From: Bugula neritina | Taxonomy: Eukaryota; Animalia; Bryozoa | Assembly (NCBI GenBank): GCA_964035545.1 | Contig: OZ037773.1 | Location: forward strand, 8,771,751 to 8,835,750 | Length of the DNA stretch: 64,000 nucleotides | Direction: 5' to 3' | In this document: one piece after another, positions 1 to 36,008 of the stretch | Layout: every line of letters begins with the position of its first letter | Numbering within the stretch: position 1 is the stretch's first letter | Made by a program: the position numbers and the translations under genes | Notes under the pieces: generated by a model | The model's input: the letters and a program-made list of their open reading frames with translations, nothing else | Told to the model about the DNA's origin: nothing | Databases searched by the model: none

Positions 1-86
1 TGCTAAAGAAACCCGTTAAATATCTTTATATCTGCAAATTTGTTGTAAAAGGGGTAAACAAATTTTAGTTAAAGCTATGATTTGAA

Positions 87-296
87 GAGAGTAGTGGTGA
101 TTTAGTGGTAGGAGTACTGTCCTAGTAAACACAAGGTCAATGGTTTGGGTCTAAACACAGCGGTGATGTTAGCAAGAGCATCCAGTCATAACTGCTTTTG
201 TGCCACATTAAAAAAAGTTCTTGGCCAGCTTTAAAAAGTCCTTTTCATGGGCGGTTCTTACAGAGATAGTGGCTATTAGTTTAGTGAGATTTTTAT
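87..296 (+). mobile_element. Degenerate tRNA-derived SINE copy
   Basis: A-box-like GTGGTGATTTAGTGG and B-box-like GGTTTGGGTCT, followed by GGTGATGTTAGCAAGAGCATCCAGTCATAACTGCT. Colinear with the second copy at ~9881-10112. Boundaries approximate. Confidence 0.55.
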
Positions 297-3200
297 AATT
301 TGAAAGAAAAACTATTATCAAAAAATACCAAAGCTTCAATTTAGAAAGCAATGTGCATTGAAAAAGCAAAAGCCTAAAACTGCATGGTTGTAATTTAGCA
401 CATTTTGGTGTATTTGACTTACAGAACTTCAAATTTATTATGATGTTTATACAGTGCAGTCACTGGCCACCTATAAATGATAATTTAGCTGGAAACTTTA
501 AAAAGTTAATCATCTACACTTTTGAAACTCTTGATGAAACTGTAGAAGTTTACATTTGATCAAAATGAAGCTTTTGATTAGTCTTTGTTTTATATTAACT
601 TTGACAACCATAACGCAGTAGCCTGCGGGCTAATGAAGTTTGTTATAAAACAATTATTGCTGTAGTGTGGATAAAAATGTCACAAATTATGAAATCATTT
701 TTTTAAACTAAACTACTGCTGCTGCTACTGTTGCTGCTGCTGCTAGCTACTACTGTTGATGTAAGATTCTGGTTAAACCTGAGCCCAATGTAAATTATAT
801 ATTCTACATACACACAGGGTGCAAAACACTATGCTAAATAAAACCAACAGGCTCATAGTGACATAAAAAGCAGATTGCTGTTAGCTTCAGATATATAGCT
901 TTAGAGTTGTCTTTCTATGGTATATGAGATATTTTATGTTATCAGTATAATTAGTGATATTTGTAAATTCTTGGCTAAAAAAGAATGGAAATTATTCTTT
1001 TGTGCTAATGTTGCTAAAAGTATATTTAAAATCAAAAAAGAAATATAAAATAAAAAAATTTAAACAGCATTAAAGAATGTATATATCAATATTGTGTTAA
1101 ACTATTTGACTGCATTTACTAAATTTGCTATCTAATAAATTAATTTTATGAATGACTACTACGCAATGCTAATGTTTTACTTTTCTCTTTGATAATACAA
1201 GTTGGATCTTTAAATATAAATTATTATTTCATGGTTAATAGTGACTGAAGAAAATATATCATATAAACTTTGATTACTCTACTGTGACTTGCATATTAAT
1301 ATATAATTTAAGATGCTACAGCAGCTACTGACCTGTCTAACATGCACCATGTTTGTTGTAGGAGCTCTGTAACAGTTACATGAGCTTTCCTCTTAAAAAG
1401 CTTTGTAATAATAATTTGTGTAGTGAATAGACCATTTTAAACTACTGTAAAATTACTTTTAAGTAAGTTATTTTAATGGTGCCAAAACAGTCAATTCCAA
1501 ACAGAAGCAGTATTGCAGTTATACTGAAAATGCAAAAGAGAGAGAAGACTTCTTAATTTTGACACTAGGCAGCAAGTGATTTATAGAAATATAGAAATGA
1601 AGGTTAATAGCAGGTGTTTTGACATTTTCTGTGGAGACTATATCTGTTGAGTTTTGGTGACAAGAAAATTCCGGGTGTAAATAGTAAATATAGAGTCAAT
1701 AAAAAGTAATTTATGACAAATCGTGAATAAAAATAAACGCACAGTAAAATAGTTGCATAGTTTAAAACTAGTCTAGGTCTAATTATACTGTAAATATATG
1801 CACGTACACCAGGTGCTCTGTACCAATGTAGTCAGGGGCTAAACCGTTAAACATTACTTCTAATACAATTATAATTACTACATTCTTACCATTGCAACAT
1901 GCTTAAGTGCTGTACCAGAATTCGGAAAAGGAACTGCATTCAGGCTATAAGCTAATGCCTAAGCTTTTAATTAATGGCCAAATAATAATATTTTATTAAC
2001 AATAATGGTGTTAGAACATACATGCTTTGCTAACATCATCTAATTGCTGCACTGAATGGGACACCGGTTCAGATTAACTCTATGTATGTGCGAGTGTTTT
2101 GGTGTAAAAATACAAAATAAGTCTATAGAATATATAAGCGCAAATGTCTGCTTTCCCTAATCCGCTTTATCCACAGTGACATAATTGAAAGAGGAAATGA
2201 TAAAAAATTTGGATTTTGTGACAAATTAAAAACACATTGAGAAAAACTAACACATATAATTATGACAATCACAAATGCAAGTTGCGTCTGTCAAGCATTA
2301 GGCAAAAACCATAAGAAATACAGTGAGTTTAGCTACTTTGTGCAGCTGTAGATTTTAATGCAGAAAATTATTGACCAGAAAAACTCTGTGCAAACATCCA
2401 TATAATATAATATTCTTGATTTGTAAAAGCTGTTCATGCAAAAGAAGGGCTTAGATTTAAAATGCTCTACCAGCTACAGTTTTCTAAACTATGAATTAAA
2501 CTTTTTAGTTCAATTATGAAACTTCAAGTATTACTCAAGCATCTTTCAAGTATACTTCTAATATTGCTCAAGTGTTACTCTAGTAGATTTCGAGTATTCA
2601 TTAATGCATACTCACACTAAAAAAATCGAATAATTGCATAAGCTGTGAAATCGTTATATATATAAGTATCAACTCCAAAGTTTATTATAATAACTATGCT
2701 AAATGTTGTTAATATTAAATTTAATTAGGCAGGTGCTGTGTAGACACATAATATTATACAGAACAGAGTAACACTGGATAGTAAGAGAAATGTTATATTC
2801 CAGGCCTATCTTTTAGTCATATGATAATAATGTTATGCTATATTTTACTATAATTGTTGCGCTTGAGCTAAAATAGAATAAAATGAAAATGTAATGTTTT
2901 AACAATATATAAATATTATTTATATATAATCATATAAAATAAATTTTTTATGGTAAATATTTTTTCTTCTTCAAAGTAGGCTGCGTATAAAACCGGCAAA
3001 AGAAACAAGGTGATGTCATTGTTAAAGAATTTGCACTCATTGGCTTAACTTCTTCCATGACATCAGCAAATGAATATTGACCAATCAAATTATTCATGAC
3101 ATCAACAGATATATTATCAGCCAATAAGATACAGACACTCTGTGGTGGGCGGAGATTGATATCCCATTGTTTAAACAGACCAAACAGTGCCAACAGCTGC

Positions 3201-4871
3201 ATAGAATTATGTAGGGTTCTACTTCTTAGAAATCTTTTCTCCTAATCGTTTTATGATAGTTTTTATTGCAAGTGTTGACTTGAAGAAATATTTTTACTTT
3301 GCATTGTGGTACAAACACATGGTTTTACCCTTTCAACAGGAACCTTGTGTTTTTTATAAAAAAGAGAAGCAGATATGCTCTTAAATTGCCATGGAAACTT
3401 TTTTGCAAAACTGCAGATCAACTTTGAAATATCTAAAAAACTGTCAAAGTGCTCCAAATTTAGCCAATGCTTGGATTTTGCTCAAAATAGTATTAGACAG
3501 TATCTTTTTCTGGTTTTTCTAAGTTTTATAAATACAAAAATAAACATCTTCCATGTTTTAGTTGCCCTGGATGCCGCAAAATTTGCTTAGATGTAATAAA
3601 AGTTTTGGTACATTTTGAAAATGAGCAATTCATATTCGATAGTCAAGTGTGAAAAGCTTGCAACAAATCTACAACCTGCTAACTTAACAATTAAACAACA
3701 ACAAAAACTATTTGTATTTCAATAGGTCTGTTTGTGTTTATCACGTGTCCTGCATTTGATTAGAATTTTATTTAATTATGAGCACTCATTCTCACATTAT
3801 AATTATACATCATTACACTAGGCTTTTAATACTTAAAGTTACTATTATATATAGACAGATTTAAGTTTAATTTTTGCAGCTCAGCATTTGCTTAGTTTGC
3901 ATAGCTTGTTCGCCCAATCTGGTTTGAAGAATTTTTGGCAAAGATGAAACTCATGTATTAATAAAATTTGGCTGTAAATTGCGATCAAAAACAATCTTTG
4001 AGTTTCATCTATCCATGCCATCAGTTAGTGGCTTAGCCATACAGTCTAAATGGAAAGGTATAAATTGTCTAAAATAATAATTACATAATAAAAGAGTATA
4101 AAATTGTACCAGACAAGGTTTTATTTTATAAAAAAATGTTTAAGATATTATTATACAATTCTAAAAATATTACCAATTTTTAGAAATGTTTTAAAATATA
4201 TTAATATAATTATAATATCAGGTTTATTAAAAATTGACGATAGTTAGAAGTGGCAAAAGCCAAAACCGAATTTGTGCCATAAATCTTAAAATAAGATCAG
4301 CACCATGCATCATGAGAGTAAACACTTATGATGAATTATAGGAAAACATAAAATAGAAACTATAACATACCTAATTTAGGCTATAATATAAAAACATTCT
4401 ATAGCATCTTCGTTTTCGTAATAAAATCTAGAAAAACTAGTTGTAGTTTAAAATCATTTTTCATGCCTTTAGGAATAATGTAGCTGTATAATTTATACTT
4501 GTATGTCAAGAATCAAATGTTGAAAACAATTAGTTGTGAACCAAACACTTGTAGATGTGTTAATAAATAGAAGTATAAGAAACTAAGTTTATTTAATGCT
4601 GGCCAGATGCTACAAAAATAATGGCAAACTGCTCAAGTCATATTAGAAAATATTGTTAGTAAATATATCTTATATACAATTGTAATATCTTTAGCCGTAA
4701 TGGGCTTCATTTGCAGAGCTTCTTATATATTACATGAGAAATTCAATTTCTATTTAATTTTAGATATTCATGCCAAATCAAAGCTATCGTCTACCAAACA
4801 TCACAGCGTATATGAGTATAAACGGGAATGAGTAAACTGAAGTCAGTAAGAGTGAATTCAGTTGTTCTGGT

Positions 4872-21569
<16,698 letters not shown>

Positions 21570-22297
21570 TCTAGCTTCCTGGTCTAACCTTTTGCAACAA
21601 AACAAATCAGGCAATTAGCGAATGCAGTGATAATAACATCACACTTATATTTGCCTGTGCTTTGCAGGTATTTAATTTGTCACATGAGTGTGTTAAGAGT
21701 GTATGGTCAACGCAAACATTAGTTGCCAAAACCAATACTCTACATGCATCTGAAGTGGTAATCCAAGAATGCATTGTGACAAGGAGTTGTGAAACACGAC
21801 CATTGATACACAGTTTCATAACACTTGCATTTTTAAAGTAAACATATTTTAATAGATTGAGCTAGAATCATATTTTACACAGTGGCAACTTAGTTCCAAA
21901 TTGCAATGCATCTGTATAACAACACGTTAGGTGTATAACATTTACTAAGACAGGCATTGAGGTTACTGCCAAGTGCTTTGGTAAAAGCAATACAGCTCAT
22001 ATTTACTTTGAAACAGTTATTTCACTAATGAAGCTTTAAAAACTACTAAATGTTTTCAATTACTTTAACTTTTTTGTTCAGTAAAACTGACTTCAAAAAA
22101 CTTTAATAAAAAGAGTTTAATTCTTACTTGAAGTTTTAGGTGATTGTGGTCCGTCTTGTTTTCTGCTGCTAATGAAATACAGGTCATGGAAATTTCTGGG
22201 GAAATGTTGACCAGTCTCTTTTGGATAAGACTACAGAAGATCAAGAGAAACACAGAAATGTTTAAAAGATACAATCACCACTTAATATATTACCATT

Positions 22298-22447
22298 CCA
22301 GACCTGCCAACATATCACCAAGCACCTGCCATGAGCCTTATACCAGACCTGCCAATATGCAATCAAGCACCTGCCATGAAGTTTACACCAAACTTGTTAA
22401 CCTATAACCAAGCACCTGTTACAAAAATTCAACTGGACTACCAACCT
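22298..22447. repeat. 45-bp minisatellite, ~3 copies, upstream of Otx
   Basis: CCAGACCTGCCAA...CAAGCACCTGCCATGA units start at 22298, 22343 and 22388 (third degenerate). Confidence 0.8.
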
Positions 22448-25400
22448 AAACTATTTACAATCTAAAGAATAACTATCTATTAGCTCAATCTTACAGAATC
22501 ATAAGAGTTGCTTACAAAGTGCAGAACAAAAATACAGAAGTTAAAATACAATAGCATATATATTGTTACTTTTGCATTGTAATCTAGCCCAAGTAATGTT
22601 TGCTCAGTTTGATCTAACACTAAAGTATATAAACCAATGCTGCATTAAGCTGGCTGCAAGTAGCTATCTTTGCTGAATGTTTACTTCAATTTGAAGCTAA
22701 AAAGAATGCAGGCTTTATGTTTCAACCAGAGGTACAATAGACATGTAGAACTACCTGCTTAGCATGACAGAGGTTGGTAAACTTGACCCAGAAAGTTACT
22801 GAAGGGAGCAATTAACCTTTGAACCACCAAATCATACAGTCTACATAGCTTGATGTGATGCTAACACAGTTCTTCCTTTTACCATTCAGATTATTGCTGC
22901 TTACAACTTTAAACACACCCTTGAATGAATTATGCATGTACTTCTGTAACTTACCATTACCTACCTATATATATCTTTAGATTGTGCCACTCTAATTTAT
23001 TTCAACTAAAATCATATTTGCACTCTTTGCACTGTTTTACAGCATACAGAAAATTCCAATTTCAAAAATATTTATCATTAAATTATCATTTAACTAGTAG
23101 ACGCCCACACACCAATCTACACACCCTGCTAGCACCACACCACACACCTTGCTACGCAACATACCACACACCCCACAACACATACCACATTACACACCCT
23201 ACTATAGATACTATATGGAGAGACACTATGTTGCTACATACCATATTACGAATCATGCAATAACTCATCGAGCTAAGGACTGTAATACAGCTTAGAAACA
23301 ACATAGCACACACTATAGGAAACAGTACAGCACTACTATGGTAAATTGTTTCAAGCTGAATGAACAGTTGGCTGTCATGACTTTGGTTAAAAAGCTTTAA
23401 AATAGTTTCATTGCTTAGTGTTCAGTATAATCGAGTACGACATACAATAAATTAGCATAGCAAATCGTAACATAGCATAGCAAATCATAACATGAATTGG
23501 TATTCTAAAATATTTTGCAATGTAGCAAATATATAAGGGGTAGTTATATGACACTCGCTATATTTCCTTAACTAGAATACATATAGATTAAAGACAATGA
23601 TGCATAGCCACCTTACACTAAAAAGAAACTGCATTCATCTATGAAAAACAATTTATTTGAAACTCTGTTATATAACGGAGTTGCGCTAGAAAGGTGTACT
23701 TCTGTGTCAGTTTAGGACTTTTGATTCACGTCTGCGTAGTTAGTCAGGTGATCATAAATTATTTCAAAGTTAATTACCAACCGAATGGCTCCTTCATGAC
23801 AGAAGATAAATGTTAATGGCTGACATATTTTCATTCATCATCGGTTGGAGGAAAGATGGTTTAATATAAAAGTTACTTCAGACCTAGCTTAGATATACTT
23901 CATGCAGCTGATTGATCTACACGCAGTTTGTTTTTTACAGTACACGTAGAGACAGGAGAGATTTAAAGTAGCGTTTGAGGTTGCATGCTTCAGTTACTAT
24001 GCTTATAGAATACTATAATCCAGTCCCATTAATCAGCCCTTACGTTGTTATTCTTGATATGCCCTTCTATGAACACAGCAAAAAGAAGAAGGAAATTCTT
24101 GAATTGAGAAAAGATTTCTCCAGACTGATACTGGAGAACCATTATCTGGGTTTTAATGATACAAGAGATCATGTGAAACTTTGGTAATTCTGACGTCTCA
24201 ATCTACTGGTTATGATTAATGATCCGTAAAGCTAATTTTTTTAAATTACAAAGATGTGTTTTTTTATGAAAAATTATTAAAAATGTTTTAAATAAAACCA
24301 GATAGACTAAACTTGCACATTTTTCTAAGAAACTAAGAAACTGTTTAATCAATGTATAAAGTCAGAAAACCTCTATTTAACCTTGACTGTTATAGCTTAT
24401 AACTTTGAGAGATGGTTTTTATAAATCTTAGCTTTTCTAAGACTTTCGTGACTTTATTGATAGTATGAGGAAGCTGGATGCCGTCTGATTCACAGCACTT
24501 AAATGATGGGCAGATAAATGATGTCTAAATTTGATTTCATGTCCATCTCTTCAGTACAAGCATCCAATATAATAACAAGTATCCTCTAATATTGCTCAAT
24601 TGTGTTAACTCCTTTTTAAACCATATCACAATACAATTATATCATGTATAAAAGTTATTTTAAGTGTAATAAATAATGTAAGGATATAGCAAACACTAAA
24701 CAAACTATAATATACATTATACAAAAACTTTAGTGTTATTTTGTATTAGCTCGGAATGTTAGGAGAAAAAATAGATCTGAAGAAGTGCGAGACAAAAAGC
24801 GGTAATAAAGTAATCTTGTAGTCCGTCAGTTTCAACACTTCTAGCTGCCCACCACATGCCTTGACAAATTCTGATAGATTAGAAATTGGAAAGAAGTCTC
24901 AACATCCGCCTGCACAACATAAATGCAATTTGAGGGTCGAATCTTATCCTGTTCCAAAATAGCCCAAATTATAAATGCTGTAATATTATATTAATTGCCG
25001 CAATCTGTCGAAGTGTCGTAAAAATCCTGTTATCAAAACTGTTTCAATATCTGCTTCAACATATTTTTGTAATCATAAATTCAGGTTTTTTAAGCTGTTT
25101 AACGAGAATAATATTAATTTCATGTGTTCGAGTTGATTTTTTGATAGATAATTCAGAGCTGTGACCATTTGAACATGAGTTCTATGACCTTAATGATAGC
25201 TGTTGCATAAGCATAACAGAGTTGTTGATGAGCATATTATGCTGAAAAGGCAACTGAATGACATGTTTTCATCACATAATAAAACAATGATTCTATGACT
25301 GATAGCTAGTTGCTGTTAGATTTGCAAGTTGAAAAGCTCCTAAAATGAGAGGCACACTTTGCTGAAGTATCAGCAATGTTTGTAGACATCCCTTCTGATT

Positions 25401-27546
25401 TGGACCTACCCTTCTGCTGCCAGGCTTTACTGAGAACCACTTTAATAAAATAATGTAACAATTATTTAGTCAAATATAATTCAATTAGATGCTATAACTT
25501 TGTTAACATATTCTATTGATTTGCAAATATTACTTTATAGAAGAATAAAAACAAAAGATGGTGTTTTAATTTTTTACTATAAAAAATATGATAATGTTAT
25601 CAAAATAATGTTACTCCTAATTGTAAAACTTCAATTGAGTTGGGTATTGCAAATTAGAAGCTATAAGATAGTTTTTAAAAAGTTATCTATATATAAAAAA
25701 CCAAATAATATTCAAGTCGCTATTTTGTTAACTTTTGTTGCATAAAAATATACAACCCAAATATTATAAGCAGCGCATCACACATGAAAGCATGCTGCTG
25801 CATGTGATCAAGTGATTAGAAGGGTCAGCGGACTGTGTGTCGGTAACTGACATTGTCCGAAAGTACTACACAAATAGACAGATCATTTTCTCACCCTCGC
25901 TTGATGACGTCATGCAGCTCCGTACATTTGTTTTGTCAGCTAAGAACTCATCTACTAAGACTGCTTTATAAACTCTATGGCGGTGATATCATATTATTAT
26001 TATTACGTGGTTTGATCAGAATTGCTGAGAAAGTTTATAAGTTTATAATATTTATTTTTCAATAAATCAAGATGTGTGCCTATAAAGTAGAAGAGTTAAA
26101 GCTGGAAAACATTTCAGTAACATCATGTAGCAGTAATTTGTCTGATTGACCACACAAAATGCAAGGTCTTGACTACGCATGGAAAATTGTTTGAACATAT
26201 TCTGCCTTATTTGTATGGTATGGTGAAATAAAAACATGTGAAGAGAAATAACTCTATGGATTACATTCCCCAGACGGCATCTTATAAATATGACATTGGT
26301 TCAGGGTATGCTGGAGTTGCTAGAGTGAAAATATGACAAAAATTTCCCACAACAAATCAAAAATATTTAAATTCTCTAGCACGTGTAACTGTGCAGACAT
26401 GATAGAATTTTTACATGAATATGACTTCTACAACCGTCCTGTATAATTATTATACAGCAACTTATTACACAATTAAAGTCATGCTTGTAGCTAAAACTGC
26501 TTGGTTCATGCAACTATAGAAGTTTTGCTATAAAATTGCTAGTTTATCAATCAAATTGTTCAAGTTTGAAAAGTGTAAAATTTATACTTTGCATTTTTCG
26601 TACGATTGCATAATACATGGTATATTTTGTTCTCTACTATAGAAGCTTTGGTATGTTATAGCAATCTGACAACTAAAGTGTAGCACATAATTATAATATT
26701 TGTTGCCACAATATTTTTACATTAGAAGTATCTGTTTTAGGTCTGTATTAAAGGCACTTTGTAAGAACCTGTACATTTGTGACACTAGCCAGCTGCAGTG
26801 TCATGTTGCATGGCAGTTTAATGAAACAGATTTACATGGCTAATTATATAACAATTGTTTGTATTAGATAATATTGTAAATGCGAGCCAAATTATTATTA
26901 TAGCATTTAAGAATAATTTTTTATTGCCCAGTTTAATAGGAACTCCGATTTTAAAAGCTCAAAATGTGGATTCCTATTGTAGGCGTTTTTTCAGATGTGA
27001 GGTAATTATGATGGATGATTCACTTTCGTATAAGAAACATTGCAAAAAAATTTGCAATAGGAAGATTCTGGTGAAACCAAAGTGTTATTAACCATATTTA
27101 TTACTTGTAGTTAATATACTAGTGCGGTTTGCCTCTAAAGTAAAAACTGTGAATAATAACATTGCTAATGACTGGTCCAGTACATTTTTTTATACAATAA
27201 CACATTAATTATCCAGGGTGATGATTTACATAAAAACTTGAATATTCTTTGCATGATTGCATCAATAATTGAAGTTTGGTAAAGCAAAATGTGATGAACA
27301 ATAACTATTTTGCAATTTGCAAGTGTGTAAATATTTATTTTATTTGTTTAGTAATTTCGTATTAAGATCAAGTCAGAAGATAATACATTCAGTGAGAAGT
27401 TGCATTCTCTTTGATGAACTGAAAAATATTTTATCGAGTTACCCTCTCGTGCATTTGCTTCGAAAATTTATTTTTACTAAGCAACTATACTCGACTCGCC
27501 TAATTGTTTACATCTCTGTTTCCTGTTGAGCTGGAGGAGAACATAA

Positions 27547-31726
<4,180 letters not shown>

Positions 31727-32696
31727 CAGCTATTGTATTTAGTATTTATCTCCACCACGTTGTACTTCATCTCTCTTTCCATACATCTGGAATTATCTTT
31801 AACTGCTTGTATTTTTCCGTCTATTCTGTTTTACTAACTGAAAACAAAATTCAAGTGTTGTTAAGAAATTCGCTTAATTTATTTTTGTTTTTGAATAACT
31901 ATTATTTGTAAAATAATGATAAAATTGCTAGAAGTTCTTTTGACAGATGGTTGTATTCTGTCTTGCCTATGAATTATTGTACCATAATTAATTCTGCCTT
32001 GCTAACACCAGTGCTGCATGTAGGCATATACTGTAATGTGCATTGAGCTCTCCTGACAGTTAACTAGCTGCATCTATTCATCTCCTTATTCTTTGTTTTT
32101 CCTTCAAATATTGCTGACACTGATTCTCTGATATTCTCTCAATCAGTTTTTGTGGAGCTGATTTTAGTTATTTTTTTTGTTTCCAGCTAATTTTATTTAT
32201 TCTCAATAAATCCATCTTCAAATGCTGTATTTAGACTTATTTAAACTTTGTACACATGACTTGTAATCCAGCGTCTAAAGAGACTTTTAAGGCATTTCAA
32301 TAAACCTATCAAACATAAGATTTGCTGATATCTGAATAAATTTCAATGACAGACTTTGCCTATAATTCCCACTACTTAGACTTAAAGCTCAGTGTTTAGC
32401 ATAAGTTGCCTCTAATGAAGCAAAACATATCCATTCAATAATTGTTATTCACTCTAAGAACAGCAAATCACATGCTAAGCTGGATTAGAAAACGACAATT
32501 AAAGAGTCTAGACTCAACATTTCTTAGAACAGGTTTTATATATCTTAGTTTGAGTTGCATATAAAACAACCAATAACTTGTAGAGTAATACATAAATAGC
32601 ATTTATAATACTGGCAGAATCTGTTGCAGTCACTCACACAGCGCATTCAGCAAGTTGAAGCAGATCCAGCAATATCGCTTTCTATAAACCTGCGAG

Positions 32697-35536
32697 ATGA
32701 GTCATTGGAATGTTTTACTGTGTGTTCTATTAAGTGAGTATCACCAGGCTTGTATTAGACTTGTGTTGAGGTATAACTGAAATATTATAAATAATTTTAG
32801 TTTTGTCCAGTATTTTTTGCATTTTATATAAGTGAGTTGAATACAGAATTATTAATTTGTGAGAAAATATACACGGAAATAAAGCATTATTAATGGCTTT
32901 TTTGTATTAAATTCAATAATATGATGGCGTTATAAAGCTTGTGGTCATATATGTGAACAATTTGTACTCTGCAATATTTTTACTTTTTAGTTAGACAATC
33001 ACTTGTAAATTAAGAGTAAATTAAATATAATAATATAATAGTAAAATAAATTCTAATGACTTTGTAATGCATGCAGCCGGTATTTTTGCCTAGATACCTT
33101 AGTATTTATACAGAATTAAATATAATAACCTGATTATTACACCCTCATAACTACACTGCTTACTACACCCCTGTCACTCCTCCTAAATAGTATACTGCTT
33201 ACTACACTCCTGAAACTCCCCTTAACTACATTGTTTACTACACCCCTGTCACTCCCTCTAAACATACTGCTTACTACACTCCTGATACCGCTTGCAGTAT
33301 CGAGTGCAGCTGTACGAGCAGTGAAATGGGAGAACAGAGCTCACAATGCATTTGAAGCAGCGCAGTACAATGTTGCAACTAGACTTGACACTACCAAGAG
33401 AGCGGCTATCCTCAAACTGACCATAGGTGGCTGGTTGGTAAGTTTTAGCTCTCCCAAAGTTTATATGAACTAATAACTGAGTAGTTTTCATTCATGCTCA
33501 TCTTATTTTCCTCTAATTACTTTAATTCTTCTGTGCATGGGAGTTATCTGCTTTATGCTGGAATGCCTGAAAAACAACGTAATAATTATTGTTGATATTC
33601 AGTGCCTTATTACCTACAACAATTAGCTTTAGCAGGCAAACTAAAAATAGAAAGATATTCTAATTGAATTCAGTCTCATAAATTTTCAAAAGTGTTGGGA
33701 ATTTTAAGCCATTTGTAGAATATACAAATGTACATTATAAATGTAGAATATACAGGGAAGTTACCGTATTATTTTACTACTAGTTTACCACCAACTTTAG
33801 GTAAAAGCCAAATTACGTAATTTTAGTAGTAAACTTATTAATCCAAACCTCTCTGCCACCCTTTGAGCTGCAACATTTTAATAGAAAATTTTATTTTACA
33901 ATATTAAGCTATTATATAAACCATATGTGGTATGTTATACTACAATAGAATATCATATAATGCAATAATATATTAAGCTACAATGTCATTTTGCATTACA
34001 GTATTATGCTACACTGCAATAGTATGTTATATTACAATATTATTCGTATATAGCAATATAAAGCATAACAATATCATATTTCAGGAAAGTGTGTTGGACC
34101 CAAGGGTTCTAACTGACTTTGAGAAGTGTAAGCTTTCTAAATGTCCTTCTCACTCAGAAATCTACAAGGTAAGAAGTTATCTCCTCCTTCCCAGCATCCA
34201 TCTTATCCAAATTATCTCACCCAAACATTTGTATGGAATGTATAAATAAAATTCAATTATAATATAAAAAGTGCTTAGATTTGTCTAGTATAGCTACTAG
34301 AACAATTTATAGACACTTAGTATCGTATAATTTATAAAAAATATCTTCAGAAAAAAGTAAAAATTTTATCCTCACAATTATTCTCAATAAGACGATTGTC
34401 AAAAGTGTTTAAGAGAATATCACTGACTGAAATGATATATTTATAATTTGTATTTATTTTAAATTTTTTTCAAAAGATGTATTATAAAGAAATTCTGGAG
34501 ATTGAAATATTATTTGATACTGCATTTTCAGATTCCAGGACTGCTGCACACGGAGCACTTTTTCATCAGCGGCTGCCTTGACCTAGATGACGTGTTTGAT
34601 CCTCTGGACAGAGACTGGTTCCTGCTGCGTAACGAGCAGCTGATCTGTGACATGGAGGGAATCAAGTTCTTCTGCGACTCCGACAGCTCCCGCTTCACTA
34701 GTGACCCAAGTGGGGGCTTCTGCACCAGTAAGATGTCTTCACTGTTACTCCATGTTTAATAATGCATCAAAATTATACTCTCAAATAATATATGGAGAAA
34801 CTTAACTGTATTATTGAAAATTTGAGTAGTTTCCATAATATATGCCTTTCACGTAGTTGTTTATATTTTGTGCTACATTTATCTAAAAGTTGCTATAATA
34901 TTTGTAAACATTACTGAAAAGTATTTGTGCAAAACATAATTATTTTAATTTTGTATCATTTTCTACATTTTATATACTTTGTAAATATATGACAAAGGTA
35001 GCTCTACATATAAACATAGAATTTTTATATTATATGTAAAGTATAATAATGTTGCGAATTGTAATAGTTTGATATATCAGTTTGAAGTCGTTACCAAAAA
35101 CTCTGAATCATAAAAAATAAGCAGCGAATATAGTATTTTATATTTTATACAAAACTTTAGTCACATTTTTAACAATCTACTAACATTTCGTGCTCTTTAC
35201 AAAATTTTGAAATTTTTGATATGGTATAATTTATAAGCAGTTAAAAATAGTATATTAGTATAAAACAGAACATATATTAATTTACGTTAAAAGTTATAAT
35301 AATTCAAGGATAAGATATTACAATAGTGAATATGCTGGAATTATAATAATATTCTATAAACTTTCCCATTTTTGGCAGTGTTTATATTATTATTGTATAA
35401 TATATATAATTATAATGCATAAAATAGCATACATCTATTAAAATATTTTATTTTTTTTGAAGGTTCAAAAAAAGAAGTAGCTTGTTCATTGGCTAGAATG
35501 TATTCCTACTACGACTGTTACTATCACCTCTACTAA
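32697..35536 (+). CDS. Secreted Cys-rich protein, array member A (176 aa, 8 mature Cys)
   Basis: Exons 32697-32733, 33298-33437, 34085-34168, 34532-34727, 35463-35536; phases 1,0,0,1. MSHWNVLLCVLLISSAAVRA-VKWEN...ILKLTIGGWL|ESVLDPRVLTDFEKCKLSKCPSHSEIYK|IPGLLHTEHFFISGCL...DPLDRDWFLLRNEQLIC...GFCT|SSKKEVACSLARMYSYYDCYYHLY*. Confidence 0.85.
33149..33289. repeat. ~36-39-bp minisatellite (4 units, alternating variants) abutting gene A exon-2 acceptor
   Basis: ACTGCTTACTACAC(CCCTGTC/TCCTGA) cores at ~33155, 33194, 33230, 33266. Confidence 0.8.
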
Positions 35537-35936
35537 AGACATGAGAAAAGAAATTGCTATATTTCTTACTTTAAATGTTTTAAAAATGGCTGTAAACAAG
35601 TGTGGAAATAATTGATAAATATACTTGTTTTTAATGTAATTTAATGCATTTGTAGTGAAACTAGTTTTTTTGTTCTTTGTTTAAGCCAATAAACATACAT
35701 CTAGTTCACACCTCGTATACTTAGTCTTTGTTCTTATGCTACTATAGCAACTTGCAGTATGAAACAAGTTTTTGTTAAAAAAGATCAATCAATTTTATTA
35801 CGCTAGTTACTAATTATTAGTTAAAAATTTTAAGCTGCTATAGTTAGTAAATTCAGTTAATAATTGTTAATTAGAAACTAGTTGAATTAACTTAAAATTC
35901 AAATGAAAGTTTCACTTAAGTTAATGTAAAATACTT

Positions 35937-36008
35937 ACCCTCATGGGGATTCAAACCTCAGACCTCCAGTCTTGCAGTTGCTGTGCTAACGAATACACCA
36001 CAGGGGCG
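35937..36008 (-). mobile_element. tRNA-like SINE head / tRNA pseudogene
   Basis: Minus strand GCCCCTGTGGTGTATTCGTTAGCAC...CTGCAAG...GAGGTTTGAATCCCC has A- and B-box-like motifs at tRNA spacing, but the stems pair poorly, so it is not called a functional tRNA. Confidence 0.5.

Noticed and set aside
2948-3590. Possible decayed coding remnant on minus strand (HWLNLEHFDSF, faintly Ulp1-protease-like)
   Set aside because: One weak motif, several stops, no catalytic residues or termini identified.
35937-36008. Functional tRNA-Cys
   Set aside because: Acceptor and anticodon stems pair poorly and the T-loop is TTTGAAT; treated as a SINE head or pseudogene.
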